A stretch of 64,000 nt of DNA. Source: Eutreptiella sp. 'Long Island Sound 2002'. Its lineage: Eukaryota > Protista > Euglenida. This document shows, piece after piece, positions 1-13,199 of the stretch (position 1 is its first letter; every line of letters starts with the position of its first letter). The stretch spans positions 177,940,001 through 178,004,000 of the forward strand of contig OZ038378.1 in the NCBI GenBank assembly GCA_964036045.1. The letters run 5' to 3'. The translations under genes were made by a program, and so were the position numbers. The notes under the pieces are model-generated. The model did not search any database. It saw only the letters and a list, made by a program, of their open reading frames with translations, and was not told the DNA's origin.

Positions 1-1779
1 CGCAATTGCTGCAGTGTGGCAATGCGGCACGTCCTCAACGCCGGTAGCACATGCATGCCAACGTAAGCCGTGGCCCCTCGCCCCTCACAGCGCCAGCACC
101 GCAGGTGTAGCACAGGGTTGCGGGCGAGCTCCACAGACACACACGAGGCCCTTGGACACCCAGGCGCAGTGACGTTGTCAAGCATTGGGCCCACAGCCGA
201 TTCGGAGCCGTCCTGTAATTGAGCTCCGACAGTGAACAGGGCCGCAGCGGCTGGAGGCATGGGCCATGGCGCGGGGATTGCAATGGGCAACTGGAAGTTC
301 GGGGCGGCGGCGGCGATAGGGTAACGACATCCGTCGGGGCTGATATGTTGCCAACGGGGGCTGTAGCCGTTTGGCAGGTGGCAGGAAGTGCGGACAGTGG
401 GGGCGAGGGGGGTCTGGCCAGAAATTGCGCCTGCAGACATGCAGCAAACACTGAGTGCACAATGGGGGAGGGGGGGAAGGGGGTTCGGGAGTTGTAGAGG
501 GTTGGGGGGCGTGGCCGCGCGGTGCGCGCACGCTGCGGCACCTTTTTGATGTATCGGGGGATTTTACTGGGTGAAGAGGTCCCCTGGGGGGGGGGGGGCG
601 AAATTTCAGACCTCGGCACTTTTTTGACTTTTTCCATCTCCAGGTACGAGGTACAGGAAGTCAAATGGTTGTTTTCTACCATCACATGAGTACAGACGGT
701 TGAGATTCAACCGTGGTGTTCGGCCCTTCACCACAACCCGGGGACCATTGAGAAGGCACCAAGAGTTGACAGCAACCATCGAGAACGCACTAGGAATCAG
801 CAGCAACCATCCAAAAGCCACCGGGAATGAACATCAACCATCCAGAAGCCGTAGGAATTTGCCCAGGAATTAGCAACAACCACCCAAATACCCCAAGCAA
901 GTCACCAAGTAATCTCAACAGCCACCAAGAAGTATCAGAAACCAGGAGCCTCTAGGAACCATCCGCAAGGCTCCAGGGACACCTGCCACAGTGGTGTTGA
1001 GAGGGCCCTGGGGGGCCAAGGGGATCGTTCCAACCTTAGCACCTCGCACCTCGTACCTCGGAACTGGAAGAAGTGCCCACGGTGGTCCGATCCATCGTTT
1101 TTTCCTAGTAAAAAGGTTACCAATTTCCACCGTTCCCATTGTCCTGGCAGTCTGGATACACTGCCAAGACGATGATTTTTTTCTCTTCAATATTTTTCTT
1201 CGTTGCCTAGAGGGTTCTGGATGACCGCTATTCATTCTATGAGGGGTTTGGATGGCCCTTGTTCATTCTTAGAGGGTTCTCGGCGACCGCTGTCATTTCT
1301 TTGAGGAATTTGGATGATTGCTGTCAATTTTTTGTTGGTTCTGGATGACGTGCCACACATCTCCAAAATGTGACACCGTGACACAGTTCACCATGATGGT
1401 TGATGCAAGTGCTGACAAACAATACTATGCCATCCCTCGGAAACCCGCATGAGACATCGAAATCCACCGTCAGAGCTGACGGTTTAATGTGTACCAGGGG
1501 TGACCTGGGACAAAGACATAGCAAATCCGAGCTGAGGGACAGCAAACGTGATCATTAGGGACGCAACAACATGCAGAAATAGGTTGTGGACGGAAGGATG
1601 TAGTTGCAGGTACCCGGCGCAACCGGGGGGGGGGGGGGGGGTTGGCACAAGGTCTTGGTATTTGGTTGTTTTTTGGGGGGGTACCACAACACTGTGTCTT
1701 TGAACCTGCAATGTCGCAAAAAGCAGCGCCTGTATAAAGCAGCATACGAAACCTTGGCACGGTGCGTGCAATGCCCTTG

Positions 1780-2030
1780 TAGGGATTTGTCGAGGGTTGT
1801 AGGGAGTTGTACAGGGTTGCAGGCGGTTGTTGAGGGTTGCAGGGACTTGTAGAGGGTTTTTAGGGGGTTGTAGGGGGTTGTAGAGGGTTGTAGTTGTGCA
1901 GGTTGTCGAGGGTTGTAGGGAATTGTCGAGGGTTGTAGGGGGTGTAGAGGGTTGTAGGGAGTTGTAGAGGGTTGTAGGCAGTTGTTGAGGGTTGTAGGGA
2001 ATTGTACAGGGTTGTAGAGGGAAGTAGAGT
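1780..2030. repeat. Mosaic G-rich simple repeat (AGGGTTGTAG-type units)
   Basis: Many imperfect copies of gagggttgtaggg visible; intronic relative to the exon at 2070-2408. Confidence 0.85.
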
Positions 2031-2069
2031 GATGTAAGGCTGCAAGCACTAACCTAACTAAGGCCACAC

Positions 2070-2408
2070 CTGGAATAACGGTGAATGTAGTTGGGGTGGC
2101 CGGCGTCGTTGCAATGGGTGCGATCCCATTGTTGTCCAAATGCCCCCCGTAATAGTCCCCCACCACCAATAGCCAGGCACCAGCTACCGTTGCAGAGCTG
2201 AACGTGATCGAGCCGCTTGAGACCGACGAAGCGCACACATTCTGGGACTGGCATACAAAGAACCACGTGGGCATGCCTTCAGGTGGTGCCACGGTCGGCT
2301 TGTAGCCTATGGCGATCCAATCGCTTGTTGTGGCGCCTGCAGATTGTGTGACAGTCACAACGATATCTTCATTGTACTTGAAGGTGGTCTTGTCTAAATT
2401 GAAAGTGT
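2070..2408 (-). CDS. Internal exon encoding one Ig-like beta-sandwich (SKICH / purple-acid-phosphatase-N-like) module of a probable secreted or surface protein
   Basis: Translation TFNLDKTTFKYNEDIVVTV...SDWIAIGY..P....TWFFV...SGSITFS....G.W......LDNNG..PIA...FTV fits the DWIGIY / W.Y / GS.TF / FTV pattern of this fold from memory. Bounded by ttccctcAG and GTgtgg; 339 bp, phase 1 at both ends. Confidence 0.6.
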
Positions 2409-5400
2409 CTGAGGGAACGTAAAGGCATGCAGGGGCATGTAGGGGGGGGGGGGGGGCAGGGGAAGGGGCAGGTGGCGCCAGTAAGCCATAGTCCGCTTCA
2501 GCGGAGCCTGACGGCAAGACAGCGGGCATACGGAACCTTGGGCCCATCCTGAGAGACGAGGGCCAGCCCAGTACGCCGTGACGGCGAGAGGGCAGCTGCC
2601 AGCATGCAGGCACCATCCCCAGGCCTATGAAGAGGGGAAGGGATGCACCGGGGCCTATCTGCATCCAGCCTCAGCTGAGCACCTCCTTCCCCCCCATCTG
2701 GGGGCAACTGCAGGGGGATTGCAGGCGGATACACCGGGGGTTGTGGTACCAGATATGGATTTGGATTTGTATTTGGATTTGGTGGCTGATGCTGAGGCAT
2801 GGAGGAGGCAAGGGGGAGCACAATGGCGTCCCTGGCGACACTGCTCACTGGCTGGCTGACCATGCGTGTGGGGTTGGAAATCGCTGTCGGCGTTACCCCC
2901 TATCTCAATGCCCTGCCGCCATGTGGTCTGCCTCCCCCCTTCTGCAGCCCCTCGCAGCTGAGCACCCCCCCCCCCTCCCTTCAGGGGGCACCTGCAGGGA
3001 GGTGGCAGGCAGATACGCCTGGGCTGTGGTAACGGGTGGTGCAAAGGCAAGAGATGGGGGCAGGGGCAGGGGCAGGCCTCGAGCTCCCCCAAAAGAGGAT
3101 GCCAACCAGATACAGTTCTTATGCGGGGTCCGTGTGGTTGGTATGTTGGGTTGTGAGCTGCCGATCCACCCATGCCCCAAAGACACACTGGGAAACGGGC
3201 TGCTGGACCACTACGTATGCCTGGGTGTTGAAGTCACAGGCTTCAAGAACACAATCGGTCAATGTTCTGGTGGGGATGTCCACCCCCATCCGTGCCCCCA
3301 ACCGCCCCTTGTTGGGGCTTTGGCAAACGCCCGGCTCCAGCCTCGGCAGTGGAAAGCACGTGCAAGAGCTAGTTCTCCTACTGCTGAGGCACGAGACAGC
3401 ACCATTGGCACATTAAATCGACACTCAGGAAATATGCAGCCCTCAAACCCACGGTCTGTGTCATGACCACTTCTGTGGTCTGTACGGTATGCGGCTTAGA
3501 CACGACGCAGCTTGTGCGCCGCCCCGGAGATATATCAATGTCTAGTGAAGGCAATCTGTGCCGGTCGTGACGAGTTGTACCGTGGCTTGAAATGGCAGGA
3601 CACAAAGCAAACCAAAAACCCGGAATGAATGCAACTTGACAGTCTACGTGCAGCCGCTTGGGAATATTTGACAACAAACATGGCTCTTGATGGAGACACC
3701 AAAAAGACGTACTGAAAGAATCATGGGGCCAAACAAATACGGCCTCTTGGCGTAGCATCGACAAGCGTTTTTGGCCATGACCAGGTTGTACACCACCCCA
3801 ACCGCCCCCCCCCCCCCCCAACCCCACCCCACCAACGACCAATATGCAGGTCACATGCAATAATGGCACTGGACACCAGGTGTACTGCACGCTAGCCCAC
3901 CAGCCTTTATGGAACACCGGGGGGGTCAGGGCGGATATGTGGGATCGGTGGTGAAACACTGTTCAACAAATTTCCACCAAATCCAATGCACTTGTTGATC
4001 ACCTGGTCGCACTGATGCCCCCCCCTGAAAAAAAAAATCCTGTGCACTTCTTTGCACTGAATTCGGGTTCCGGGTCACGTCTGGTGCATCAGTAGGTATG
4101 TGCAATCTGGGGCATTGGGCCATCCTGGGTGAGCCAACAGTGGAGATACAGGGGCCCCGAACAGGGATGGGTTAGAGTTGGGGGGGGGGGGGTCCCCCCG
4201 ATAACGAAATGACGACGACGAAACTCGGGCGGCCAAGTTTGGCCAATTTTCACCATTTTGGACCCTCACAAAAAATGGATTTTTGCCCCCCCCACATACA
4301 TCTTTGTGTTCAGCACATTCCGCTGATCAATTTGATGGGCCTCATGACATTTCTTTGAAGAGTTTTCGGGATTTTGGACCACTTTCGGCCCCTTAGGAAA
4401 AATTCGGCGGCTTCGGCAAAAAAATTTACCCTTTACCACCCGAAGAGGGGCAAAGGAGTTTCGTAACCATTAATTCGTCATCTCAGGCCCCTCAGAGTCC
4501 CCCGCCCCCACCCCCGCCCCCACCTCAACCAAAATAATTCAGTCACTATTTTTTCCACACCTGGCCCCGAGTGCACAATGAAATAAAAACCTATCACTAG
4601 TTGAAATGGGGTCAATAGATGCACACGGGTGGTACACAAAGGGCTTCCACAGTGGGGCAGAGGCAGGCCACAGCAGCAGGTCTTAGGAAGATCAGGCGCA
4701 ATTTAAAGCAAGCAAACACACCTGCAGCAGCGGGCTGCCATGTTTGGTGCACAAAAATAGTCACGGCAAATATCGTCCATACTGCATTGCTCCATAAGAA
4801 CATAATTGCTGTCAAAATGGGGGTCCAGATGTCTGGCAAGGCACACCTTACAACTCTATGTCCCGCAAACAAAACACCAGACTTCCTCAGAGTCCAAGAT
4901 GGGCCATGACAAATTTCACTGAATCGCTAGACCTCAACCAGAATGTTGCATTAGATGCCTCCAAGCCTCGGGTCTGAGAGGAACTGCGAGCCCCTTGGTT
5001 TGGACACCAACCCCCCCCCCCCCCCCAAGTTTCTGACTGCCGGCCGGAGGGCCCTTGGAGCAGGGGGGCGGGGGGATGCGGTTGCCGGGATTGTCACAAA
5101 ATCCGGTCAATGCGGAAAAAATGCGGAAAATGTGGCAAAAAATGCAACAGAAAATGCGGTTCTGTTAGAATGATGTATGCCCCCCGAAACCCCTCTGTTT
5201 ATCAAGACGCATGTTCATCTGTTGACACCATCGCTCCATCAATGTGAAGACTATGGCCCTAGCTCAACATGCAAAGTGTGGTAGGGAAGTCTCACCCTTC
5301 TACTGTGATTCAGTGACATGTGGTCCCCACAATCACGGGGGCTGCTCCTAGCCAGGGTTTGACCCCAAGGGGTGCTCAAGCGTTTCAGGGGTTGTAGAGG

Positions 5401-6380
5401 GGGGGGTCCCCTTCATTGACCCAAACCTTGGGGGTTGGCGGGTCAGGCGGTCAGCCTCCGGGCTCCCCAGGGGGGGGGGGTACCCCAACATACATACCTC
5501 GAAATGATCCCCATGACGCGTTGATCATTTTGAACATACACAACTAGGGGAAAAAGTTTTCAAAAAAATTTGCCCATCAACCCAGGCTCCCATCAGCCAA
5601 GGTCTGACCCGGGGGTTGGGTCGGGGTCAAAATCCTTTTTTGCGTTTTTCATCCATTTTTCATTTCTCCACAAAATTCTGAGTATTTTGAGTATAGAAAC
5701 ATGGGGCCAAACAAACCCACAGTGCGCCCGCAGTGCAAAGTTTTTATGTCGGCAAATACTCATTTCTGTTACCCCATTTCCCTCACTTTGTTACCCACTA
5801 TACCGATAGTATGCCTGTATGCATTTTCTATAGGGATTTCAGACATAAGAGAATCAGATTGTTCTGTTGTGTTGCTGCATCCGCATGTGTTGCTTGATGT
5901 TTCCTCCCTCCATCTCCTCTGGGTGGTCTTTGATACATGTGCCCGCAGTGCAAAGTTTGTCCCTAAAACAAAATCTCCGGCTCCCACAAAACTCATTGTT
6001 CCTTACAACTAACTGGCTACAACACAATCCTTTAGTTGGAGTGCACAATGCAACTAGATTGTTTGCTCTTGAACATTACACTTAGGGACCTGCCTAGAAA
6101 ATGCGAAAAAATGCGAAAAATGCGAAAAAATGCGGACTACACCCCCCCTGCTTGGAAGGGGGGGGGGTCCCAGGAGGGGCCATTGGGGCTGTGAAGCAAC
6201 AAATACTTAGCTACCATATGACCCCTATGACATCGGCCATATGGTCATCGCTCATCGTTGTCCAAACCAGTGCTGAATGTTGCCTTGAGTTCCCCACACG
6301 GGCTATCGAACGTTCCGTAGGCTGGTTTGGGTAAAGAGTCTGTCTGCCTGTTAGCGGATCACATTCCAAAATCAATCGAG

Positions 6381-7500
6381 TCAGCTGGACCCCCCCCCCC
6401 CCCCGGGGTCCCGATTAGCACACCGTCTCTTCAGTGGTAACTCCGGCACATCGGAGTCACCGTCACTGTCACTGTCCCCACCCATGATTGATTCGTCTGT
6501 CTCTTCACTTGAACAGTGACTGCCTGAGCCCCCACTGTCAACATCCCAGACTGACACTGGCTCCTCATCGCACTCAGACATTTCTTCCAGCCCTAACTCC
6601 TGCCATGCCTCTCGCGCGGATCTGGCCTCCCTAACACTGGGCAATGCCGCCGTCGCCCCTTGCTGTGCACAGCGATCCGCCTGCTCACTGCCCTACACCC
6701 CCACATGGGGAGGCACCCATTGCACCGAGACACTGTCGCCTAACAACTGCCAGCTACACCACAGGTGTTCCCAGAGTTCTCGATGCGCCAGCAGCCCACG
6801 TGACCCCACCCACCCATGCCGTTCCCACTTCGCACACTTCCCCATCAGCCCTGCATACACAGTTTCTGAGTCAGTCACCACATGCAGAGGTACGCCCGGT
6901 GTTTGATTTTCAACAGCCGTCAGGACCCCAAACAGTTCAGCCCTGCCAATGGACTGCTTTTCTGTCGACGGTACCAGCAGCCTCTTATTGCCTCTTATTG
7001 CGTTTATCCTCAGGTCCATACCAAAGCCCAAATCCAGCATGTGCCACCCCCCCGGGTGTCAAGTTTTGACCCATTTGTGTAACAAATGTTACCCTTGGCC
7101 AATTTTTCATCAATGACCCGCTGCATATCAGGGAGCAGTGATGCCCATTTAATCCACTTTGGCAGCTTGTGCTGCCTCTCAGGGACGATTGCACCCTACG
7201 GGGTCACAGTCCCCCTGGAAAACAAAGACTGTCCATGCAAGAATTTCTGTAACTCCTGGTGGACATGCACCGCTTTGTGCCCAGAAAAAGAAGTTTCATC
7301 AGACGTTGCCCACCAGAGTAGCACTGAGGCCCACCTGGAAACAAATTCACCCGGGTCCGGGTAAACGTCCTTGAACGCTGCATCACATTTGGGGGGGGGG
7401 GGTCAGCGAGGGTCCAGGAGGGACTCCATAGGCCAGTACCTTTAGCAACTACAACCCAAGACAAAGACATGTTGTTTCGGAGCTGTGAGACAACAAGAAT
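6381..7500 (-). mobile_element. Degenerate 3' part of a non-LTR retrotransposon (or processed pseudogene) with an RNase H1-like domain
   Basis: Across a frameshift and one TAG: YTNGSK (YTDGS), AGFGLWYGPEDKRN, KQSIGRAEL, VVTDSETV, KWERHGW, HRELWEHL, WVPPHVGV*GSEQAD, matching RNase H motifs in order; followed by an acidic tail. Confidence 0.75.
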
Positions 7501-8449
7501 TCAGTGCCTACACCACCTCATGTTTACACAGCATAACTGCAGCACATGGGCACAACAACACATGGTTAGGGCCTCCCAAGCGGGTGCTACAGGTCCCTGT
7601 GGGTCCCCAGATACACCCAAAATTTGCACCGTGCACGCACCGTGGCAAGAGCGCACTCTAAATGACTCATCAAAAATCAGCGCAATTGAGGCATTTGAAA
7701 AAAAAATCATCACTTCTCTGGTGTTAATTGAAAAATTGGTCGACTGTTATCAACTCTCATCAGTGACTGATTAAGGGTCCCGGTTCATTGAACCCCCAGC
7801 CCAAGCACCCCTTCTGTTTTTTTTTCCTTCAATTAGTAAATTGCAGACCTCTTGTGCTACAGCCATCTAGTGTGCCAAAGCTCATTTCATGGAAAACACA
7901 GAACAACCCGGACTCCATTGTGGGGTGCCTGGCAAAGGGAAGACACTGTGCAGTACATCAGCCCAAATGTGCCAAGTAGTCAGGCACCAGTATGACTGAG
8001 TCCGCGCATGCCTTGGTCAGAGGTGGGGACAAATGCAATTTATTTTCATTTGACTACGTGTGAGACGTGAACAGCAGTATAAAATGACACTTGCGCCTGT
8101 GCCAAACTGTGTATCTACAGTAACGATGGTGGGTGAAGAAAACAATAATTGTACAGGCTTGGGAGAGAATGGTCAAGGGTTTGTGGAGGCAGATAAGCGC
8201 CATGACCCTTATGTTGCAGCATTAGGCGTTTTTGCTCTGGGTTAGCCTTCTGGGTTTTTTTTACTGACTCCGCAAGTTCAAAGAGTACTCAAGACTGTGC
8301 TTGGGAAAGTGGGCGACTCTGCATGGCAAAAACCCAGAGTTCACATGCGTATACCACAGGGCTCTCTAATGCGGTAGGCAAACCGCCACGCCATAAGGCA
8401 AACCTGTAATGTGTTAGAGTAAAGGGGAAAAAGGAAATGCAGGATCATG

Positions 8450-10965
8450 TGTGTGCCCGTCCCCACAGGTCCTCAAGGGCGACAATCTTTCGTCGCTTTC
8501 CAGGGGCCATGTCCGGTGGTGGGCGTTGGCCCAGGATGCCGGGCCTTGTGCGGCACTGGCGCTTAGGCAGAGGCGACTGGCGGCGCACTCAAATGCCCAC
8601 AACTGGCTCATCACCGAAAAGAGCTCGGTTATGCCACTGGTAGTGCCGGTCTGTGGAGGTTGTCCACACTGTGGCACGCCGCAGGAGGGAGTGCTGGTGC
8701 CGTGATTGCTGCGCCAGCTCATCTAGGACGTCGCAGTATGAATCCAGCAGTGAGGCACCGAGAACGGCACACTGATGTAGAAACCAAGGCTGGGCTAGAT
8801 ACTGCATTGCCGAAGCCGCCCGCTGTCCCTCCGGGTCTGAGGCAGTGGGACAAAGGCATTGGTCGAGGTATTTCACCGCCCATGACATGGTGTGGTACGA
8901 CTGCGGCCGGTCCCACGTGCGCACTGCTCTGCAATGGGATGCCTCTTGAGAGGTGCAGCCATCCCGCCGCGATGTTCTTTCACGGAGCCCTGTATACCCT
9001 ATTTGATTGCGGAGGACAGAGTCCGCGGAGTTAGGCCGTAAGGCTCGTGGGCGCAGCTTCGTGTACCATGCCGGCACCGTTGTGGACGGTGTGGGCGGCA
9101 CCTTTGGGTCGCGAGGGGGCATGGTGAGTTGGCCGCGCAGTTGGCATACGCCATATCGGGCGTGGTACTGGTGCTAGGCCACACGCTCCCTGAGGTCTAC
9201 CCGCAGTGCTCGGGGGATGTGGTCCCATAGGGACCGTGGAATGTGAAGGCAGGACACATGGTGTAGGTCCGCCGCCAACGTCCTGTTCAACCATTCACTT
9301 ACCGTATCTTGCCACAATCCCCACATGCTAAGCCACATGTTGCGAAATGCGACTTTCCAACGCATGCAATGTATGAGGCGCTTGTGGATAGTGGTACCGT
9401 GATGGAGGGGACAGAGGGGGCATTTGGGGGTAGTATGGTCCCACGGCACGCCCATACCATCCCATCGTACCTGGCCCCAAAGCCATTTAACCCAGCATGC
9501 GTCGGTCCCCGCGCATCGGCAGCCAGGATACCTACTGCACACCGTCGAAAGCGGCGACGCGCCTCCGCTAGAGGATCCATTTTCGCGCCGGAGTGGGGGT
9601 CCGCCGCATATCGCAATATCTTCGGGACGTTGGGGATCGTACTCCGGCATGGTTAGGGGCGTGGCCATCTTGGCAAGCAGGTCTACTTCCCCATTGCGCC
9701 GAATTTGTTCACGTTCCCGCGCTTTGCGGGCCTCCGTCTCAAGGCGGTGGCTGGCGATCCACTCCGCGGCGACGCGTTTGTGTTGCACTTGGTCGCACAC
9801 TTTGTGGCGGATGTCGGCGTCAGAGCATTCGTGCGTTGGTCGGCGGTGAGCACATTTTGTGATGGCGATGTTGTCGATATATTGAGTGTCGCCGTGAGAT
9901 ACGACGGCTGCGCCAATGGCTGCTCTGTACATTTGAGCCCTGTAGGAGTGCCGTGGGCCCGCCACCCGGGCGAGGATGCGAAGAGGCCCTTTTGTCACTG
10001 CGGTGCCCGCCGCCTGGTATTCCGAGCCCGCTACCTCAACTATTTGAAGGCTACCATTGGAGGAAAGGGACGTTCCGGCTAGCGCTTGGTGGTTTGAGTA
10101 GCACAGTATGCCTGCGATGCTGACAGGGTGGTATCCCACGGGCACTGTGCCGGCCGAGGGGTCTTCGTGGCACCGGTGTGGGGCAATGTAGTGGCGCGTG
10201 TGGAGGGCATCCCCCACTTGTTCGTTACGGGCTGATAGGAGGACACCGTCATCGGAGCTTTCGTTGTTGATGAGGTTGGGTCCTCCGGCTGGTCACGGCG
10301 GAAGTGCTACGTGAAGTGCGGTGCGAGCACCCAGCTGGGTGAGTATAGCCAGGTAGTTGCGGATAGGCACCGCTCGGGAGGGTAATTCTTGGCTAAGGTC
10401 GCAGCCAATGGATCCCGGACGTGAGCGTAACGTGTTTTGTACCATTGCGATGAAGCGTGCGATGTGGGCCTAGAACAGTTGGTGCAACCCCATCCCGCCC
10501 AAGCGGTGGGGGGAAGTGACATGGAGGACGTTGTACGATTTGTGAACATCAATCTTGTTGAGTTCCATGCCCTCCGCCATAAGCACGAACTGCAAGCACA
10601 TGGCATCCATGGCTTTGAACATGGAGTTGTTGGGGAGAAACAAGGTGCGGTAGTCCACCGTGGGATCAAGACGGTGTTTAGCAGCTGCACCCGCTCAAAA
10701 GCGTTCAGTGGCAGGTATTGGTATTGCGCCAGATCCGATGCAGCCATCCCCATGAAGTTATCACGTAACTTTTGTTCCCAAGTCGGATGTGCCAGAAGGT
10801 GACCGAGGTAGTGGATGATAGGGGGCTGCAGCGGCAATCACGCATCGCCCCAAGTGATGGCATCCCCGGTCGGGGACTCTCTTCGCGCCACACCCTGACA
10901 GCGGGAGGGCGGGGCCCAATGGTACACCTGTGTTTTTGAAGGGTTCATCTTGAGGCTGCTGTGGG
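8450..10965 (-). mobile_element. 5'-truncated, frameshifted non-LTR retrotransposon: RT C-terminus, RNase H-like domain, Cys/His finger
   Basis: LKMNPSKTQVYHW and IHYLGHLL (RT domain 7), VQLLNTVLIPRW, PHRLGGMGLHQL, SSNGSL..AAG..SYRAQ..DTQYIDN..WIASH..RNGEVDLLAK (RNase H), CPLCPLHHGTTIHKRLIHC. Confidence 0.8.
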
Positions 10966-12217
10966 TTAGCCTTCATTCGAGCAGGGGACTGACTCAGGGA
11001 GTTCACTGAGTACTCAAGATAGTTCTTCGAAGATTGGGTAACTCCAACATGTGATACAGTGGATCTCTGCAACACAGGGCACAACGTGTGGGTTAGCCTT
11101 CCAATGCTCTTTTCACATTCATTCGCAAACAGGCTTTATGGCAATACTAGCAATCGAACCTGGTACTTTTGCGGACTTTTGCGGACTGGAGATAGTGCTT
11201 TGCCATCGGATGGGTAGTGGCCAAATAGAAGATTGGTTCGAAGTGCACCAGCGGTCCGACTCACTACCATCCTTTGTGACACCACCTTCTGCAACGGCTC
11301 TTCAGGTAATCAAGCCCCAATTTCCCCGAGCCACGAGTTGCAGTTTCAAGCATTTTTGCTGTGGGTTAGCCTTCACACGCTCTATGCACATTCATTTGCA
11401 AACAGGTCTTTTCTTTTTGTGTTCAGATCTTGGCAAGCTGGCAAAGCCCTCTTATTAGACGGTCCTGGACAGAGTTCTCGGAAGCAGGAATCAGCGCAGA
11501 TAATTTGGCAAGCAGGTCATTATTATAGCATTACCAAGAATCAAACCCAATACATTCGATATCTGAACATAGTGCTTTACCATCGGATGGGTAGTTGCCA
11601 AACAGAAGATGCACCAAAGTGCACCGTGACGCAACTCACTACCATCCTCTGTCACACACCACCCTTTTACAATTTACCTCAAAGTAATCAAGCCCCAATT
11701 CCCTGGGAGCTTCATAGCAAGTCACGTGTTGCATTATGAGGCAACCCAACGTCCAGGGTCCAAGTCCGATGTATCATGTCAAAAATGGATTTCAGACAAT
11801 GCAACCAAATCCGTGCTCAATCCGTGTGGTTTGCCTGCAACTGCTGATCCCCCACAGGGGGCGCTGGGGTGTCAACAGGCGACTAGTGGTAAACTACGCA
11901 TTCCCCAAGTGCCTCCTGCCCACCAACTGCTGATACAATCTTTCTGAGCCACCATGAGGATCATGCTTCTACATTTGGTACTGAAACGACTTCAGTGCCA
12001 AACTAACACAGTCCCTACAAGTCTGCAAGACTGTAGCTTGACGGTGACCTTCACCCAGGCATCACACCCTCAGCAATCTCTGTGCTACATTGCCAAGCGC
12101 AGGGAAGCCATGCTCCTGCACGCCACTGCAGTGCCACTACATATTGTTCAAGGCGCCTCCTGGTGTCCTCCTGCTTACGCCAACCTTTTGATACCCGCGC
12201 TTTGTAGCTCTTACCTA

Positions 12218-12757
12218 CCCCCCCCCCCCCCTTGCAAAGTCCCAGGGTAGCGCGCGACGGTCTCCCGGGTGGGGGGGGGAGACGGTCACCAAGTGACGGT
12301 GTCCCGGGGGGGGGGGGGATTGCAAGGGTATCTCAAGGCAAACAGTGGTACCCTCCACTGACGCAAGCAAAGAGAACACGTGTGAAGCGACTTTCGCGTT
12401 GATGCGGTGCCAATGTGTTTCATCCAACACAAATGTTATTGAGGATCCAAAGGAACGGTAAAGAACTTCTGGGTACGAGAATAACACACTTTGAATTGTT
12501 GCACATGCTCGGTTTGCATGACAGGCACGGGGTGTGTTGCACTGGCCCTGCACCCTGCAGCCCCTGCTGGTACACCAGGAATTTTTAATTTTTGCTTGAT
12601 TTGTAGTACTGGGAAAGCAATGCAAGGCCATGCGTAAAGCAGATGGGCAACACAAACCAGCACAATTCATGTTAACTAGAAAAACATGGAAGTGACGGTG
12701 TCCCGGGGGGGGGGGGGACTTTGCAAGGGGGGGGGACTTTGCAAGGGGGGGGGAGGG
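12218..12757. mobile_element. 540-bp MITE with TA target-site duplication (Tc1/mariner-type)
   Basis: TIR CCC(T/C)CCCCCCCCTTGCAAAGTCCC at both ends, with TA at 12216-12217 and 12758-12759. The paralogous arm has the empty site cttaccTAcctgag (reverse complement, near 29585-29598). Confidence 0.9.
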
Positions 12758-13199
12758 TACCTGAGCACGGCGAAGAATGGGATAGGAGGGAGGAGTAGGC
12801 AACGTAAACCTGTAACAGATCCCCGAAAAGCAAAAGCACAGGTGCCCTTGAAAAGATAAATACTCATGGCAATTGGGTGCTCCGCCCGCATTGCGTCGCA
12901 CTCACAAGAATGCACAGTTGTCGTCCATAGGAATCATGGTGGCTACACAACCCATGCTGTCTTGGGGGTCCCTAAATTGGGAAAGAATCAAATGGCTGCA
13001 TGACTCGTGCAGTCTTGGGGTTCCCCAATTGAGGGGAAATCAAAGCGACAACATTGACCTGCCTTCTCTATGCAACCCTTGCCTTCTCGGGGGTCCCCAA
13101 ATCATAGTGGGAAAATAATCTTTTCCATCCCGTGCTGCATCGCACACTGTCAACTCTCAGGCACTGGAGCCAAAGCTGCTGGAATTTTCGGAAGGTTAA

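Noticed and set aside
35-215. Possible downstream exon of the Ig-like gene (ttacAG|GAC, GPMLDNVT)
   Set aside because: The phase-1 continuation hits a stop; the SRCR-like resemblance is not convincing.
3440-3780. Possible sulfotransferase-like peptide (AFTRH..KL..AAY) on the minus strand
   Set aside because: Interrupted by stops and similarity too weak to call by eye.
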